From: Camelus ferus
Lineage: Eukaryota
Direction of reading: 5' to 3'
Assembly (NCBI RefSeq): GCF_009834535.1
Contig: NC_045696.1
Location: 60,266,001 to 60,330,000 of the forward strand
Length of the DNA: 64,000 nucleotides
The notes beneath the pieces are model-generated. The model searched no databases, was not told where the DNA came from, and saw only the letters and a list, made by a program, of their open reading frames with translations. This document shows, piece by piece, positions 60,710 through 64,000 of this stretch; position 1 is the stretch's first letter, and every line of letters starts with the position of its first letter. Made by a program: the position numbers and the translations under genes.

Positions 60710-63490
60710 CTTTTTGTTTAAAATGGCATATTAGGCATATTTTCTTTCTTCTCCTACCCCTCCCTCCTAGATCCTATTAAAAAGGTAGTAAAGGGGAAAA
60801 ATGGATACATGCCTAAAAGCAAAGAGGATTGGGAGGGGGAGCCTTAAGTAGATGAAAGGTTTCCACAGATGTCTGGGACACAGAAAATGGGGGGAATGAT
60901 ATGGAGTAAAAGGGAAGGAAAAGAAAGGCTTGGAATACTTCTCTAGAGGATCTAATTAAGTTGCCTGAGGAAAACCAGGCTGCTAGTGTGGATGTTCACA
61001 CCCCAAACGAAGCCCTCAAGAGCCAGCCACACTCACAAACGTACTGCAGTCAGCTCTCCCATGAAGGAAGAACCCCATCAGGGAGCCCCACCCCCACACA
61101 CTGCAGCAGGGAACCCACGCCAGCGACCAAAGATTGCCAAGTGTATAATGAAAACCAGCAACAAATACATAAATACATGTATGATAAAAATAGAGCCACC
61201 TGGGCTGCAAGAAATATATAATCAAGACACAAAGAGAATTTTGAAGAAAACACTAATTAGTAACTCCAGACACATCCAAGAAGAATATTCTACCTATAAA
61301 GCAAGATGCTAAGAAAAACAAAAAATAACCTAAGGACAACTTTTGGAAATTAAAAACATGATCACTAAAATTTAACACACAGTGGAAGATCTAAAAGATA
61401 AAGTTAAGGAAATGTCCCAGAATGTAAACAGAAAGATGAAAGGGTAGAAATTTTGAGCAAAGAGTAGGAGAAATAGAGAAGAAATCTGGGAGGGGAGTTA
61501 CAATATCCAAGTAACAGAAGATTCAAAAACAGAGAACAGAGAAAACAAAACAACCAGACAAATAATAGAAATAAATATCTCCAAACTGAGGAAGATACAA
61601 GTCTTCAGGTAGATTGAAATGTCCCATAAAGTAGACAGCACAAAGAACAACAACAAAAAAGTCTATATCTAAATGCATCACTTGCACAATTTCAGGAGAA
61701 ACCCTATTATTTTCAAAGATAAAAACTGAACACTTACAAAGGAACAGAAATTTGACTAGCATCAGACTTCTCATCAGCAACAGTGAATGTTAGAAAACAA
61801 TGGAGCACTGATTTTTAAATTCCAAGGAAAAACTCTTTTGAAACTAGAGTTTTAGCCAGATTACCAATTAAGTGAAAGTAAAGTTAAGCAAACAAGGGCT
61901 CAGAAAATTTACCTCCCATATATCGTTTCTGAGGAAGCTACCAAAGCATGTACTCCAGCAAAAGGAGGATGTAAACCATGAAGGAGGAAAATATGAGATT
62001 CAGAAAATAGTGGTGATAACTCAGGAAATGAATAAAATCCCAGAATAACAGTTGTACAGCAGAGAAACCCACAGGGATTAAAGCAGAAGCATGGGGGTCC
62101 CAAGAGGGATGCCTCTTGATAGGAATTAGATTCAACACAATGGACAGTATGAGTAACAAACTGAATGATTTTAAGGATATGCTGACTGCACACTTTGTCA
62201 ACAAGAAAAAAAAAGTTTATTGAAATTCTAGGAAAAGTGAACAAGAAAGTCAAGGTCTAAATACAAAGCAAACTAAAATATGACATGATTTTAAACAACT
62301 AATGAACTTTAAAAAAAATTAACCCTTTGGCCACAATATTAGGAACATTCTCCCTTAACTGACACAAGGACCGCATCAGAATTGCAGCAAAAGAAATAAG
62401 AATTCTAGCCCACCTCTTGGCTCTTCAGTGAACAGCAGCTACATAATCATAGTCATAATAGTGTACATGTTTATTGTTTTTCACCTTCTAAAGTTACAGT
62501 AAGGCTACAGCTAACGGCTACTGGGAAATGAAATGAGGGAAGAGAAATAGACGGAAGAGAAAAGGCACTGTAGGGTGGGAAATAAAATATAAGGCCCAAG
62601 ATCCTCACTCAGGACTGGCTTGAATGCTAACAAGATTTAATTAGTTTAGTAAGAAAACCTGAAAGGTGAGTTAACCATTAAGACTGGCAAATATTTACAT
62701 ACCAGTTGCAATACATTTTAAGTTAATGCTGTACTTATTCTGTATCTTGTCACCATAAAAGGCAGTTTCTAAGCATTTGCTAAGAAAATCACAGAAATTT
62801 CCAAGAATATTGAGCACTTTGTCTTTGAAGTTCCAAAGACTGTTGACTTGAACCTTAAGACTAAAAATCTAATACAGTGTGTGTGTGAGTGAAACTGTTC
62901 ACTTCAAGTTGTAAACTACAGCTTTCATGAGATTGTGCCTGCTCACCTGCTCATGATCAACTTGTTATGGCTTCCCTGATACTGCTCTAAAACGGAAGGA
63001 TAAAAGGATCATTCAGTTTTCCTTAAAATCAGGGATTCCCTTAAGATAACTAAAGCATTCTTTGTTACATTTAAAATACATATGACTCTAATACATTATT
63101 CTTAAAACATTTCCCACACCAGCAATAAGGAGTAAAGAGATGTAGCCTAGAAATGATAAAACAGAGATTGAAGTGTATTATTTAAAGTTATAAAGGCAAC
63201 TAAAAATAAAAATATAACTATAAAACTTTGGGAAGTGGATAGAGGAATACGTAAGTAAGCTAGATCTGCTATACTTCTTAGCATGGAGTCAACAGATTAA
63301 TCGAGTTATGGGTATAGGCATATTGTTTGGTGATACAGTTAGCTCCCAAAGTATTAAAAATGATTAAAAGTGGTTGCCCCTATGGAGGGGTCCTTTGGGT
63401 GGTGAGGGGTGGGATCAGAGACTATTGCTTTGTATTACAAGCACCTCTACACTTTTATTTTTATAATGGGCAGGTCTTATTTGGATCAGA
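60710..63490 (+). mobile_element. HAL1/old L1-like element (ORF1 remnants and 3' region)
   Basis: ttggaaattaaaaacatgatc...aaaagataaagttaaggaaatgtcccag...gcatcagacttctcatcagcaacagtgaatgttagaaaacaatggagc. 3' end aaaagtggttgcccct...gagactattgctttgtattacaagc. Confidence 0.65.
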
Positions 63491-64000
63491 AGAGGAATGC
63501 CAAGGACCTGCTTACTCTGACCAGAGCTCCTGGGACCACATCTGTCATGGAGGCTCTGTTCAAGGGCCAGGGTCACACTACTTGCTACCAGAATGATCTG
63601 ATACCAAGGGCATCCCTGGCCAGATCTCCACATTTACCTGATTCCCAGGGCCCGCTAACTTCATCCACTAATACCACCCCTTTTGTCCCAAATTCTGACC
63701 CTCTGCCAAGGTTCCACCTGTCACCAGGTTTACTGTCTCACCTGCCTGGCCACACTGCTTCCCACCATCTACAATGACCTCATCCTGCCCCAAGCCCCTG
63801 GCAATTTTATGCCCTTTCATTCGGCTTTGTGAGATTACACACTGCTCTTTATTCTTCGCCATTTCAGTACCTCCTATAGTTTGTCATGCCATTTTGTACT
63901 CCTTCCTTCAGATCATTTACAAAAGTTAAGAAATGAGGACCCATGAGAACTCCATTGCTATATATGCTTCTGTCTAGGAAAGTGATTGATTAATCCTAAT

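Noticed and set aside
1..64000. CRISPR array, operon, intact retrovirus or other novel multi-gene system
   Set aside because: No repeat-spacer array, no intact gag/pol/env or transposase ORF and no paired LTRs. The window is explained by two known spliced genes and decayed mammalian repeats.

Overview
Mammalian genomic DNA, most likely camelid (alpaca, llama or camel), judged from a vic-1-type tRNA-derived SINE. It matches the HEG1-SLC12A8 neighbourhood (human 3q21.2, from recall). Two genes lie on the minus strand. The first is the 3' half of SLC12A8: eight coding exons (human-numbered 7-14, 58941 down to the TAG at 24838), all GT-AG and frame-consistent, with a likely poly(A) signal at 24537-24542. 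About 22 kb further on is the CpG-island promoter and first coding exon of HEG1 (2788-2602). The rest is intronic or intergenic and rich in L1, HAL1, L2, CR1/L3, MIR, MaLR/ERVL LTRs, MER5/MER58, Tigger1 and a mariner fossil. Almost all other ORFs in the supplied track are spurious. I see no new multi-gene system. The best leads are small: an AUG-UGA start-stop element in the HEG1 leader, a HEG1 exon 1 about 40 codons shorter than human, a perfect 4-unit heat-shock element in HEG1 intron 1, an orphan CpG-rich patch with NRF1, ZNF143 and YY1 motifs, an L1 insertion with an apparent 35-nt 3' transduction, and a competing frameshifting donor at SLC12A8 exon 8. Repeat family names and human comparisons come from memory, not a search. 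Repeat boundaries are approximate unless a target-site duplication (TSD) is given.
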